NCBI GenBank assembly: GCA_002633005.1
Contig: NMRA01000447.1
Location: 309,032-373,031, forward strand
Direction: 5' to 3'
Origin: Phoronis australis
Lineage: Eukaryota > Animalia > Phoronida
Length of the DNA: 64,000 nt
Below are positions 51,534 to 64,000 of this stretch, one piece after another. Each line of letters opens with the position of its first letter. Positions within the stretch are counted from its first letter, which is position 1. The notes under the pieces were generated by a model that saw only the letters and a program-made list of their open reading frames with translations, searched no databases and was not told the DNA's origin. The position numbers and the translations under genes were made by a program.

Positions 51534-54112
51534 ATACTGAACGAGAAATATTGCAATGAATCAATCTACCTTTCTCGACTCGCCTCGGCTTTGTTACTAC
51601 CTTCTAGCTTTTAAGAAAAGCCGAGCAATTGAAAAATAGAAATAGAATGAATCTATAAATTAAGCTTTAGCAACTGTTATAGCGCACTACAAATTTTATC
51701 ACGCCAAGACTCGACCGGGAGTTAGGCTACCACTGGCAACTGAGTATAATGCTCAAGCGAAAGGATCCTGACGACACGATATCCGCATTCCAAATGGAGA
51801 TCGGTGATTTACAAATGACAGAACATGAGAAAAATTTCACTGAAATAAAATAACGTTTTTATGGAAATTGTGAGTCTTATTTTTCGTAGCGTATAAATGT
51901 CGGTACAATGCCCTTCGTTTAACATGCGATTGTTGCGCGTGCTCATTTAAGTTCGATGACATCAGCCACTGAGTGGTGTAGTGGTAAAGTCGACGCCTCG
52001 AATATTTTGAGGCCCGCTTTCGAAGCCGGCCTTGGTTCCCGCCAAAATTATACCTCACTAGTGAGATAACTAAAATGGTTATTGCACGGTTGTATTGGCC
52101 ATTCGAGGCTACTATTGTGGTGTAATAACTTGTTATCATATTCCTTCTTAGCCACTGGCATTCACTCAATGTCATACGATATTTGCGTCTTCTGCATACA
52201 GAACAATTATAGCTGTCCATCGACTGTTGAAAGTTGCAACGGGTATATTTTGGAAGATATTTCGGTTTCGTAATCCGCAGATATTTCCTTATTTAGTGAA
52301 TTGAAATGTGTCAAGCAATTGAGATATCTCTGGCGAAAAGCGCAATACTAACCTAAGGTGATTATTAAGTTTTTGGTCTTGTGAATTAGGCGAAGATTAT
52401 GTCCTCAATACTACACGTATAAGTTAAAGATAAATTAACTTTTTGCTTTATCGGATAAAATTAGAAGGACCGAAACGATTCCACGCATTTGCATAACCAA
52501 TACAAATGAATTGTTTTCTATCGCTGTGCATCCCAAGCCTCACTGCACATATGCGAAACGACTACAACTCCAATGTTCAAGAGGAATATGCTGCTGCTAC
52601 ATAAATTGATCCACATGTACACTGTACGTGTCAAACAAATTTGAAATCACTCTAAGGTTGAATCATTCGCTGAGTTAACAGCACAGTTATGAGCTTTCCG
52701 TCACCACTCGTCAGTAAAAGAAGAATTAAAAATATCTCCCGTGTTTATACTGCTTTTTTGTACAGTTGGTCAACCAGAGACTTAAACACACTATTCCCAG
52801 ACTGAAAGGAATTGATCAGATGTTGTAAAAATTGGTTTTATATTTATTTGTCATTAGAATTATTTCGTTACCACTTTTAAGTCAGATTTTCTGCAATAGC
52901 AAAAATGAGTGATTTGGTGTTGCACTTCTTAAAAGAAAACTTAACAATTTACAACCAAAACAATGTTACAGTAGTTTTGTTTCTAAGCCAAGTTTACTCG
53001 CAAATACGTATACGTTACGTAATGTATAAATGGCAGCCGTATTCCTCTACCTTACCGTACCCGAAATTAGGCGTTTGAACTGGATAACCTACTCGGGTTA
53101 TTGAGATTGATGAAAAGAAAATTACAATTGGAAAATTTTAGTGAAGTCATCCGTGTTTCGGAAGCCGTTTTCCTAAGTTCACATTAAGTTGATTTGCAAA
53201 AGCCGTGAAGACACAACAAACGGTACGAGTCGGCAAAATCTCAAGTTTTCAGAATCTTATTGATTAATATAACCTCTGCATGTGATACGATAACTATTTC
53301 AATATCAAATTAAGCCAAATGGCGGACCCAACAGTAAATGGGTCATACACACCACGTGCCGGTGACTTATGTCAAGAAACTACGAAATGGAAAATAGAAA
53401 CCGGTCGTACTGTGAGCACAGCAAATTATTGAATATAATCTACGAATTTGGCGAGGATGTATCTGTTTTCACAAATAGGGGTGTATTAAACACCGTCACA
53501 GACCGTCGCCGTACGGCTTTTCATACTCGTTGCATTAGTTTTCAATCGTCATATTCATGCGGATTCACACCACCTTCACTGAATGAAAGAAATTTGCATA
53601 CATGTGAAACTGTCGCCGGATTTTACATGCGTGACATCACTATAACCTTTGAACTTGGATAATTAGTAAACAAATTTGCATGCAGTTGAAGGTGTTTCTG
53701 CTGGGACATTCCCAGATCAAATACATTATAGCAGGATATGGCAGTAGTATTCCTACTTGTACGTGTTTGGGACAGCCTATAGGTATTTGCGGGATATTTG
53801 GCTAAGAACGTCATTGTTTTTGTATTCTCTGACGTAAAGATGATGACGTAATGTTTTTTATATTTTTAATTGGTATTGTATTGTTAATTTTGGGTTGACA
53901 TAACTTCAAAAGTTGAAAATTAGTTGCATGAATAGAATCTTTTTGAAAAAAATTAAAAAATGTGGAACTCTTGCAGTCATGTTCCAGGTATCAAGTTTAA
54001 CAAGCTCCTGACATGTAATGAAGGCCGGTTACATAGTGGTTTAACTCACTTATGAGGTTTTAGGTGGACATTCCCCTTAGGACAAGTGGTCAATATCACT
54101 ATTTTTGTTTAG

Positions 54113-54352
54113 GTGACATTCCACTCTTATAAGCTGACCAGTCATCAACACTGAGGCTCGTTTCTTCGTCATTCAACATGACTGCTGACGCCTGGAAGGC
54201 CATTGACGGCAACAGATCGACAGACTTTATGAACGGGCAGTCTTGTTCCCACACACTGAAAAGAAGTAACCTGCAAAATCCGTGGTGGAGAGTTGAATTA
54301 AACGGAATACACACTGTCCACGGCATTACCGTAACGAGTAGAAACGGTTCAC
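54113..54352 (+). CDS. Exon: N-terminal half of an F-type lectin (fucolectin/FTP) domain
   Basis: ADQSST..AWKAIDGNRSTDF..SCSHT..NPWWRVEL..VHGITVTSR; gtgagt donor at 54353. There is an in-frame TAA at 54130 unless the AG at 54132-33 is used as acceptor. Confidence 0.85.
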
Positions 54353-55352
54353 GTGAGTCTGGTGGAATTTCTTTTGTTTTATCACACCGTATTGAGATGG
54401 ATCACCAGGAAAACACGGTCTGTATGTATCGTAAGATTTCCAAAAAGTTGAAAATTCGGTTGACGTGACATTGTTCCAAATCAAATGTAATACATGAATT
54501 GCGCATTTCAAAACTGAGACTTGTCCATTTCAGCACAGTTTCACAAATTTTTGGCTAGTTACACAAACGGCAACCACATAATCTTCACTGGAGTTTTTTG
54601 TAGACAATCACGGGCCATACATTCCAAAGATATCAATTCAGTGACCAAATGCAAATATTTTTTTTACTTATATTTGGAAGTGACGAATGCGTCTGATTTT
54701 TTACAAAAACTATATGAAGATAACCCCGCTTCCAAACCAAGACGTCTTTTGATAAACATTTCGATGTTTCTACTTGATTTTGAGAAGAGAAATCATTGCC
54801 CGAAATGAGTTTTTTTTGAGTGTTAGACGCCAGATTTTTTTTGGATTTTCAAACTAATGACCAAAAACGTCCCTACTATTCCGTTTTCCAACTCCTAGAA
54901 TGCCAGTGTCTAACTGGGTGATAATTTGGTATCGGTTATACTCATATATAACTAAACATATATTTGTGATTTCTGACGATATCATGCGGCTTCAGGGGGT
55001 AGGCACCTACTTGTGTTGTTCAAACGTTAATTGCTAGTTAGTCTGGTGAAGTTAGCTGCTCAACAAAAATTAGTCCAGTGCACAGATCTTTGCACTCGCA
55101 GAACAATTACCTGATATTAGTAAAACCGATAAACCCATATAAAACACCAGTTCAAGCTTCGGATAGAATTTGAAGAGTACAGTGTACATGTATAATTTCA
55201 ACGAGGCAAATCAGATAGCCTCGTTCCTCAACAGGTAATCGCTTTAACGTGTGTCGGTGTCTCCCCGCTAAATATTTTGTATGGTCGTGAAATACGTGTA
55301 TACTTTGTTTTTTACTGACAATACATGTACACACAGTGGAAAACTAATTTGT

Positions 55353-55460
55353 ACCTATTTATTATTAGAACAGTGTAGCACACTTTTAACCTATTTATTA
55401 TTAGAACAGTGTAGCACACTTTTAACCTATTTATTATTAGAACAGTGTAGCACACTTTTA
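55353..55460. repeat. Three exact copies of a 36-bp unit
   Basis: ACCTATTTATTATTAGAACAGTGTAGCACACTTTTA x3. Confidence 0.95.
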
Positions 55461-57498
55461 ATAATTTTCTTTGTAACTTCAGTCCAACATGTACGTTGTA
55501 TTCTTTAAAAGTTTCTGTTCACGTTTTGAGTGACTATGAGTTTTAACTTTTATTTGTTGNGGGTGTTCTACGGGAAGTGAAAAATGTGAAAAGTGTGAAC
55601 GGGTTTATTTTCACTAGTTAATTAGCATAAAAAGTCTGCTACGGGGCGTGAAGCGTTCTTACTATGGATTTTCGCACATTCTGACGTTTTAGACCGAGTA
55701 CAGTAATTTTATAACTTAGCATCTAACTAAACAAGGAATTACATTGGGATATGATTGAGGAATTGACAATGTGAACTTTAAAGGAAAATAAATGATTTTT
55801 CCCGCCACCTGATGTAATCGGTGGAAGACGTTGGTCAGCTGACAGTATATATGCTACCAGATGGCGGATAGTAGTGATTCTGTGTGTGTTTGTGTTTCTG
55901 GAACAATCAAAACTAATTTTAATCATACTAACTGGTAAATCATACTCGTTTCTCACTTTTCTATTCCAAAATTATGAAAGCTGTCTACCATTGTGATTCG
56001 TAGAATATTTCGGTCCAGCCTCTCTATGACTGCTGCGATCGTGACTTCAAACTATTTGCATAGCATCTAAATTCTAAGCATTGGCGTAAATGTGGATAGC
56101 ATAAATATCCATAAAGTCGTGAACAACAATAGACTGAAGGAAACTCAGTGCAATCACCGTCAGTCACATTTTGATGCTGAGTCTCGTGCTCTATATAATT
56201 ATGCGTTTGGCATCAACTTTGCCAGCAATACTGAACCACATTACACTCTTTATCAATTAAACAAGTTTTCAAGTTGGAGAAACCTTCCTCAAATGCACGA
56301 GAGAATGAAACACAGTTCTTCAAAATAGCTTGAGCTTAGAGTGGCCCCCGAACTGATCGCTTGCTCCACCGTGTACTGCCATACCCGTATCCAACGCACG
56401 AACTGTATTATGTCTGGACGATCGTGGGGTCATTTGGAACCACAAAAACTGACCTGCATTCCATTCGAGTACTATTACCGCATCGTCCACACATGCAACT
56501 GTTCAAAATACTCAGTCGAACTCAGTTTTTGAGACCCCTATGTCTCAGGGCTGTTGTAGAACAACACCATGGCGGTGGCTGGGTCCACTGATGACGTAAC
56601 ACAAAATGTTATTCTTGCGGCTATTTCTTTATTAAAAGTAGTCACTAACTAAAGAAAAAATAATTGAAATATCTTGCCAAAATTGTTGTTACGACCATGG
56701 TATGAAAGGTTTAATACGTCAATAATAAAAATGTTGTTGACCTGTGACATTAGAGGGTAAAAAATAAGCACGCTCACTCGAAATTGGATTTGAGACGTGT
56801 ACTATATGTTCATGAACTTTGCTTTTTATTCTGCTTTCCAGGCCGGGGAAACTTTGACCGTGAACGTTGTTGCAAATAAAATTACATCCATTGTTCGCTT
56901 TTCCATACGACTGTTGATTCCCCAACTAAAAGATCTTAATATTAACTTAAAACTGGCCCCCAATTACAAACCTGACATAAGTTTCCACTGCACGACGTCC
57001 ATGATGAAATGCCCACGGCTGCCTCTTTTCAGTCCGTGTTGTTCCACATGTACGCAACATCATCAGTCATTCTTAAATCACTGGATGCAAAAATCTCTTT
57101 AAAAATACTGTCCGCAAAATATCCGAAATGATGTTTAGGTGCACTGCAGAATGCTGAGTAAATTAACGTTATATACGATGCTTGTTCGATTAGATGACTG
57201 CAAGACCACGCACATGGGGAGGGACTACATGGGGACATTTAGCGAACATATCCAAGGCAAAACATGCAGAATGTGGAANGACATAAGTTTCCACTGCACG
57301 ACGTCCATGATGAAATGCCCACGGCTGTCTCTTTTCAGTCCGTGTTGTTCCACATGTACGCAACTTACGAGTAATTCTTAAATCACTGGATGCAAAAATC
57401 TCTTTAAAAATACTGTCCGCAAAATATCCGAAATGATGTTTAGGTGCACTGCAGAATGCTGAGTAAATTAACGTTATATACGATGCTTGTTCTATTAG

Positions 57499-57705
57499 AT
57501 GACTGCAAGACCACGCAGATGGGGAGGGACTACATGGGGACATCTAGCGAACATATCCAAGGCAAAACATGCAGAATGTGGAACCAGTCGAGGTGGCCTT
57601 TTCTACCTGAAAACTATTGTCGGAATCCTGATGGCGAGCCAGAAGGACCGTGGTGTTACCATCTCAATGGAGGCTGGATCTATTGCAACGTCAGCCTGTG
57701 TTCAG
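57499..57705 (+). CDS. Exon: kringle domain (partial duplicate at 57194-57278)
   Basis: CKTTQMGRDYMGT..GKTCRMW..ENYCRNPDGEPEGPWCY..WIYCNVSLC; phase 1-1. Confidence 0.92.
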
Positions 57706-58212
57706 GTACCGGAACACTGTGTTGTTGATGACTAGCTGTAGATTGTGTGTCGTGAGCCAAGATTTACCACAACTAAAAAGTCAAGCTGAACTGCGGCGCT
57801 TTTGACATCTCAAACTCTGTGGAATCACGGTGTACGTTATTTTCTGCTGATTCACATGGAAAACAAATGGATTAACATGGTGTTTCTAATACTGCAGATC
57901 CAAATATGTAATATTGGAAGTTACTTTGGTAAAACATAGAAAAACGTCATATGCATAAAATTCGTGTGGCGGAAATACGCCATTCGTAAGCTGTTGAAGG
58001 AGGGTCGCTCAGAATAAGTTTTTCCAAGTGGCAACGTTTTATCTGAGGGGTGATACCCTTCAAAAATTACATTGGAAGATATGGAATAATTGTTGGGCCA
58101 TCCGTTTCTGATATTCAATAAAATGAAGCGAATTGCCCCGACCAAGCCATTGCCTGCCTCTTCCACTGAGTGGTACACTGTCGTGTGAAAGATACATGCT
58201 CTCTATACATAG

Positions 58213-58458
58213 ATCTTTCGGAGTCACTGTCCGATTTCCAAGTCCGGATTTCCAATACAAGTGACACACCACCAGCGACCACTACTGATGCTCTGTGTAA
58301 ACACTACACCGGCACCATCAGTGACGCCACTACTGTGTATATAGCTTGTGACCGTCACGCCATTGGGAGATATTTGTACATCATCAAGAACGGCAACAGC
58401 AAATCAGAAACGCTGTCTTTGTGTGAAGTGATAGTGAAGGGAACACCAATTGATACAG
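58213..58458 (+). CDS. Exon: C-terminal half of the F-type lectin domain
   Basis: LSDFQVRISN..LCKHYTG..IACD..IGRYLYI..LSLCEVIV; phase 1-1. Confidence 0.88.
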
Positions 58459-58582
58459 GTATTTATATAAATGCGTACTTCATTACGATTCGGAGAGCCA
58501 GCTGTGCTCTCCTCGATAGCAACGCATATGCCAAACTTCATCAAGGAGAACAGAGCGATATTGAGGCGGACGCCACGACACA

Positions 58583-58585
<3 letters not shown>

Positions 58586-58666
<81 letters not shown>

Positions 58667-58696
58667 NAAATGCCCCGGATCTGTATAGTTCTCTTA

Positions 58697-58740
<44 letters not shown>
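58586..58740. repeat. (TA)n microsatellites around the N at 58667
   Basis: Directly visible. Confidence 0.95.
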
Positions 58741-58742
<2 letters not shown>

Positions 58743-59877
58743 ACAATATACTGTCCGACATTACTTCTTTAGTCTGAACATATTTGACTAACTTTATGAT
58801 GATCGTTCATGCTTTAAAGCTAAAACATCAGAGGCTAATGAAATTGGACCCTAACTGCAAATAATACATGTAGATTCACTCAGCTTACAGATAGCAGATA
58901 CTGTCGTCTATTTCAAAGAAACGTTTTTGCCAAAGGTCATGAAAATCAGCAAGCTACTTGATAGATTTCAGGATTTTTGCAACAAAAACGTAAATTACCA
59001 CTGGGTGACGCCGTCAGAGGTTTCCAAATCAGCATTAGCCGGCATCTCCTTCTCAGGAATATACCAACCACATCTCAATAAGATCTTTGAAGAAGTGCCG
59101 TAGATAATGTATATAGGCTAGTTTGAAAACGTGCCACTAAACGGATCCACAATTACATGTGTCATGTGTAAGAAAATCCGCTTCAGCTATACTATTTTTA
59201 GTGGAAACACTTATACTTAATATCATTTCCAAAACATTCAGGGGCTTTAAAAATCATCACTGAGACTACACCTGTATGACAAAATGCAAATGTAGAGAAT
59301 GCCACTGCAGTGGAACCAGTGCGGAAACTACTGTCATATCAAATATGTAAAGAGTTGGACCCTGAAAGCAGACGTCAAATCAACGAAGCTGGTCACAAGG
59401 GGGCTCAAATATGTTGAACTCAACAGAAACGATATGTCATTGTAGTTTCAAAAAGTCAGTTGCCTAATTTTGTAACAATCCACGCAGGATATCAATAGAC
59501 GTACATGTGGGTATAGAGGCAAACGCGGTGATCGGACCGTTCAGCTATCGTCAATATCGCAGTTTTGCTGGTAAATTTATCAAGTGTTGCTCGTGCCACG
59601 TTACAGACTGAGTATATACATGTACAGCAGCAGACGCCAGTAGCCAGGTAGCTACTGCTAAAAGCGCCCGCACCTTGATACGCAGATAAATAATAAAACT
59701 CAGCCCACGTTTACGACTTTAGATTTCTGATTTGCCTCTTACGCACGAAAGCGTCTAATAACTTGTGACTGGTCTAGAGGTTGTCTGATGACGCTATGCG
59801 GTTGTTGTTTCTGTACACCTACAGCATACACGTACATTTACATGTAGCACAGGTATTTACTAGTCTTGTTTTTGCAG

Positions 59878-60123
59878 CCTCAAACACGCTCACTACAAGA
59901 GTGAGTGTGGGCGATAACGCAACTCTACTATTTGAGGGCATAGAATCATCTGGAATTAAATGGAAGAAAGACAACGTTGGCTTTTCAAACAGCGGTGACA
60001 TTATTGGATGGAACGAGACGCTGACCAAGACCATTAACTCCGTTGAAGTGGGCCATGGCGGAGTATACACAATATACAGATCAGCTGGGAATGTACTTGG
60101 CATCGCCCGCCTGATTGTTAGAG
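59878..60123 (+). CDS. Exon: Tie-type Ig-like domain
   Basis: VSVGDNATL..IKWKKD..GHGGVYT..IARLIVR|G; RLIVR ends Ig2 of Tie receptors immediately before the EGF repeats; phase 1-1. Confidence 0.82.
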
Positions 60124-60334
60124 GTAAATAAGAGTTCAATGGTGTTGTAGATGTTAAATTGACTTCTTAGCTGTAATCTATGTATTTAAAACTTGACACA
60201 AGCGCAATAGCGTTGTTGCAACCGAATCGATTTAACGATTGCGCATGTCCGGAAATTAAGGGCACAAAGGCTATTGGAATTGATTAGGGTATGTGCAGTT
60301 GCCGATTGGTTTGCACGAGCTGTATGTAAATCTG

Positions 60335-61620
60335 CCACTATTCGCCCTAATAGGAGCCCATGACCCAACCAGTGCCCCAACGTGTTTTCAGACTTCGCTA
60401 AAGTAAGCGCCCAGCCCATAAACTACATGCGAAAAATGCCTTACCTACATTTCTAACGTCTCCAATTTATCAATTGAAAGATCCGACAGTCCTGAATTTG
60501 TAGACCATAGCCTCACAGTTATGTCCGTATACACTTCAAACTTTCGCCGGGATTCAAAAAGAATGCAAAAGTCTGGATGCTCTTGCGGGTCTGGACTTTG
60601 AAAACAGGCGCAGCGTACTTGTCAGCGGAACTGCATGGTTTCTTTCCAGTACAGATCTTCTCCGGCCTCAACAGGAATCCAACACTTCTTTGTACTCGTG
60701 AAAACCGTAAATCGAAGACTAATAAAAAAAAACTCGACCAGTGTTATCACGCGGCCAAGAAGCGGGCGCTGCAAATTGTACATGCTGTCATCGAAGACAT
60801 TTAGTCGGGATCTATCCATTCATGAAACGGGTAACATAGCAACGGCAAGAAATAATTATTGGCACTAATTCCCTAAAATGTCTAACACCGTAAAACAATT
60901 TTGCGTTATTTTTAGAGAAATTGTTTAACTGATCCTAATTGGTGTTTTTAAAGTCAAAATGACCCACTGATAGTAAATACATTCGCACCCTTACACACCG
61001 AATCTTCCGGAAAATAGCTTTTGCACTACGATCACGCATCCACTCACCCGGCGATTCACTGAGTGACATATCCGTCTTATCGAAACAATTCTTGAACGTT
61101 TTTTAGCAGATGAGGCCAGCAAGTACAAGCTAAATATTAAAACACTCTCTTATTGACTGCTTGAGTTAATTTCTTTGGATACAATGCACGCCTAGATCAG
61201 TATATTGCATTTACTCTGGCAAATGAACTATGTTGACAAGCACACGCACGCTTACACTCCCACACACGCATAGAAACTTCGAAACAAACGTCACGTCACA
61301 AAAATGTGTGTTCCTCCAGAGATTTTTCTCGTGTTGCGGGCTACAATCTAGCGCAGATTTGGACTTAATTTGCAGTTAATACCAAAGACTCCACAAGAAC
61401 TAAAAAAATCTATTTGGACAACTTGAGGAGGATTTCAGGTATTATGTTGAGTCGAAGCTGTATTCTTATTCAAGTATTCAAGCCCTATCAACGATTGCGA
61501 GACCGGCAGCTACGCATTTGTCGTTGAGATTTTGCCCTGGGATTTCAGCAAAATTTTCTGAAAAATGATCGTAATTTAACCACGAATTTTGATAGCATTG
61601 CACCATAATTTTGTAGAAAG
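60335..61620 (+). mobile_element. Diverged copy of the Tc2-like element at 38274
   Basis: Colinear similarity (GTTTTCAGACTT.GCT.AA.TAAGCGCCCAG; CTATCCATTCATGAA.CGGGTA; AAACAAACGTCACGT; GCCCTGGGATTTCAGCA); termini eroded. Confidence 0.75.
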
Positions 61621-64000
61621 TAAATAATAATATTCTGTGTGCTTTATTTTAGCACGTTAATGCATAGAATGTGCGTACGTTAAGTGAGTCGACCCAGAAC
61701 AGGTGATTGTGAGAGGCATTATCTTCAAAATTGCTCATGTTGGCTTGGTTCTGGTCAAGCAAAAACCAGTCATTTTTCTCTACCATCCGCAGTGGAATAT
61801 TTGTTACTATTTGTTTCTAAGAGAAATATTGTTGGGCAGTTTCCAAGATACCTTTTCTTGCCGCCCTCAAAATTAGCGCTGCATACCTTATGCTACGAAG
61901 AATTCAGTAAGTCGACCTTTGCTACCAGCTCTACGGTTGTGTCTGACCCATGTTTAACGCAGTTCTTGATCTTTGGGAAACAGATAGTAACTAAATTCTT
62001 TATCTCGCTAAGTGGTATTATAGCAGCCAGGCACACAACACGTATAACCTCCCTGTGGCCGGTTCGCCCCCACGCTTGCTGAAGTACTTGTTTACCGGCT
62101 TAACCACAATGCAACATTCTGTCCCATTTCCAATATGGCGGCGTTGCAACTCCGCTATTGTTTGCCACCATCGAGTAGGCTAAATTTACAAGTCTGTTCT
62201 CTAACGCCATTGTGTCGGGAAAATCATATAGATCTGCGTCATGTGAACAATCGGAAGCCTGAGTCAATCTAAATGTAGGTAATTTGATGGTGAGCTCCGC
62301 ACACAGTCGTCACGATGGACATTTACGGGTGTCCTGCACACACAGTCTAGCACTACTTGGTGTTTTTTTCTGTTATACGATGTGATACGACGACTGCAAG
62401 TGATTGAAAACCAATGCGATTCTCAAAAAAAGCGGGATGCCAAATGCCGGTTTCAGTAGATCAGGCGTGTTTATGCAGTCAAGGTCGGACCCATTACACA
62501 AATCAACTGGTTATGATTCATGGGGACCTGACATCGTCGGTTTACTCCTCGCAAAATCTTCCAATATGCCTGTTTTTTAAGCTAGATAAAAGACCATTTA
62601 ACCTGTATGATTTAAAAACGTCAACCAGGCAGGTTATGTTGTTGTATAGTAGATTGCGGTGTGTATTATTGGCAGGACTAATTTCAACCACCTGCTAGCC
62701 ACAGTTGCAGGCCTGTAGGAAGGCAAACGTTATGGTTGGGGGGAGGGGTTGGCACAAACCAATTCGAACCCGACCCTCTACTTCCACCATACTTGTAGGT
62801 GGATTAGAGGTAATACCTGAGATGCAGTCATCAGGATTTGGGTAACTGTGAACCAACTATGTTTCAAGGAGAGTAAGAATCGGTCTAGGGCTGTCGCACT
62901 GACGGGTAGCTGGGTTCCAACAGTGAAATCTCTGGTCAGCTCAGCTATGATAATTTTGAGACAGGTTACTTAGACAGTTCCTCTCTGTTGGCAGTAGTAT
63001 AGTAAGAGGTTTATGAGTCTTATTTAAGCGGCTCTTCGGTCAAAGGTCATCAATGCGAAAACAAAAGGTCAAAGGTTACGTGGTATAACTGCAATCGGAA
63101 GGGACACCATAACAAACAAAGCACCGTCAAGAGCTTGTGAATGGCTTTTTCACACAATCCGTATCAGCCTAGGTTTTACGTGAGGATTATGTAAGATTTA
63201 TCAAAACTCAGACCATGCTTTGTGTATATTTGTGTTCGAAAACTTGACGTCACACTTCGCATTCATCCACTTTTATTCATTTTTGTATGTTGTTAGTATT
63301 TCTCGTTCAAACATGGAAAGTGTTTTTTTCTGTCTTAGTTGACCACACTGTTTCGAATACTATGTATACCTACCGGCACGAGAGTTGCGCGTTCACCTAC
63401 TTTTATCCCAAAAGACAAGTGTTCGACAACGGCGTCACCACTGGACCTTTGAACATTTAATTCGGACTTTAGATAATTCGCTAGAGACTACTTTCACGAA
63501 CTCTGAACTTCTTGATAATTTTTGTAGTGTATTCGTTCTTTGTCATTAACACACGTTTAAACCATATCAGCTTTATGTTCTGTTTTAGCTGGTCGCATCT
63601 TATTATGATTTGCTTAGTACCGTCGGGTCCTGGGTTAGACTTTACGCGACACCTGTTGTCGAGTTGGTTGGTTATCGTCTTTCATGTTTTATAAGCGACA
63701 TCTGCCTCCCGTTCAGTAACGCTAGGACCTCGCTAAAAAGCAAGACTTCGCGAGATTAATTGAGATGTTGTCGTTTATTTTAAATGAGAACACGTGACTT
63801 TGACTAGGTCTTAGCTAGGTCCTACCGTAGGTCCTAATGTCTACTGAACGCACGCCCTGCTGTTGAAAGATGAGAGGGTGCGACGGCACTTGGTGAACAC
63901 GAAATAAGATCCCTTTTGTTCCTCTTCAGTAGCGTAATCTCTCTTTTGTTTCGGTTCTCATTCCGTTGCCAGGAGCCGCAACAACTATCCACGAACCCAT

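Noticed and set aside
51968-52040. tRNA gene
   Set aside because: Only an A-box-like GTGGTGTAGTGGTAA is present; there is no proper B-box or cloverleaf.
55353-55460. CRISPR-like 36-bp repeats
   Set aside because: The repeats are directly adjacent with no spacers, there are no cas genes, and the context is a eukaryotic intron.
57194-57278. A second, tandem kringle exon
   Set aside because: It is truncated at the N at 57279 and its flank is repeated immediately after the gap, so it is probably an assembly overlap.
58471-58791. ORFs with poly-(IY) tracts
   Set aside because: They are translations of the (TA)n microsatellite.
63700-63858. Harbinger-like MITE
   Set aside because: A partial inverted repeat (CGTTCAGTA/TACTGAACG) is visible, but the left terminus and TSD are not recoverable.

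Overview
This is AT-rich, intron-rich DNA from a marine-invertebrate-like animal; the species cannot be assigned from the sequence. (1) 760-25324 (+) is the 3' part of a Tie/TEK-like receptor tyrosine kinase gene (EGF-like, 4 FN3, TM, kinase). I traced 17 exons with phase-consistent GT-AG junctions. (2) About 44.7-60.1 kb (+) holds the 5' part of what looks like a second, tandem Tie-like receptor with an unusual ectodomain: LCCL, an unassigned 87-aa module, an F-type lectin domain split by a kringle exon, and a Tie-type Ig domain ending RLIVR. It may carry disabling lesions. (3) The rest is a dense transposon landscape: a Penelope-like element with an internal RNase H-like insert, a Helentron-associated (HINE/DINE-1-like) element carrying about 11 CTCF-like motifs at ~150-bp spacing, Sola3-like, Kolobok-like (THAP plus P2X7-ballast-like ORFs) and AcademX-like DNA transposons, Tc2-like and 5-bp-TSD MITEs, and CR1/L2 fragments. 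Single-N gaps at 44926, 45727 and 57279 are flanked by duplications that are probably allelic assembly overlaps. All family assignments come from motif recall, not database searches.
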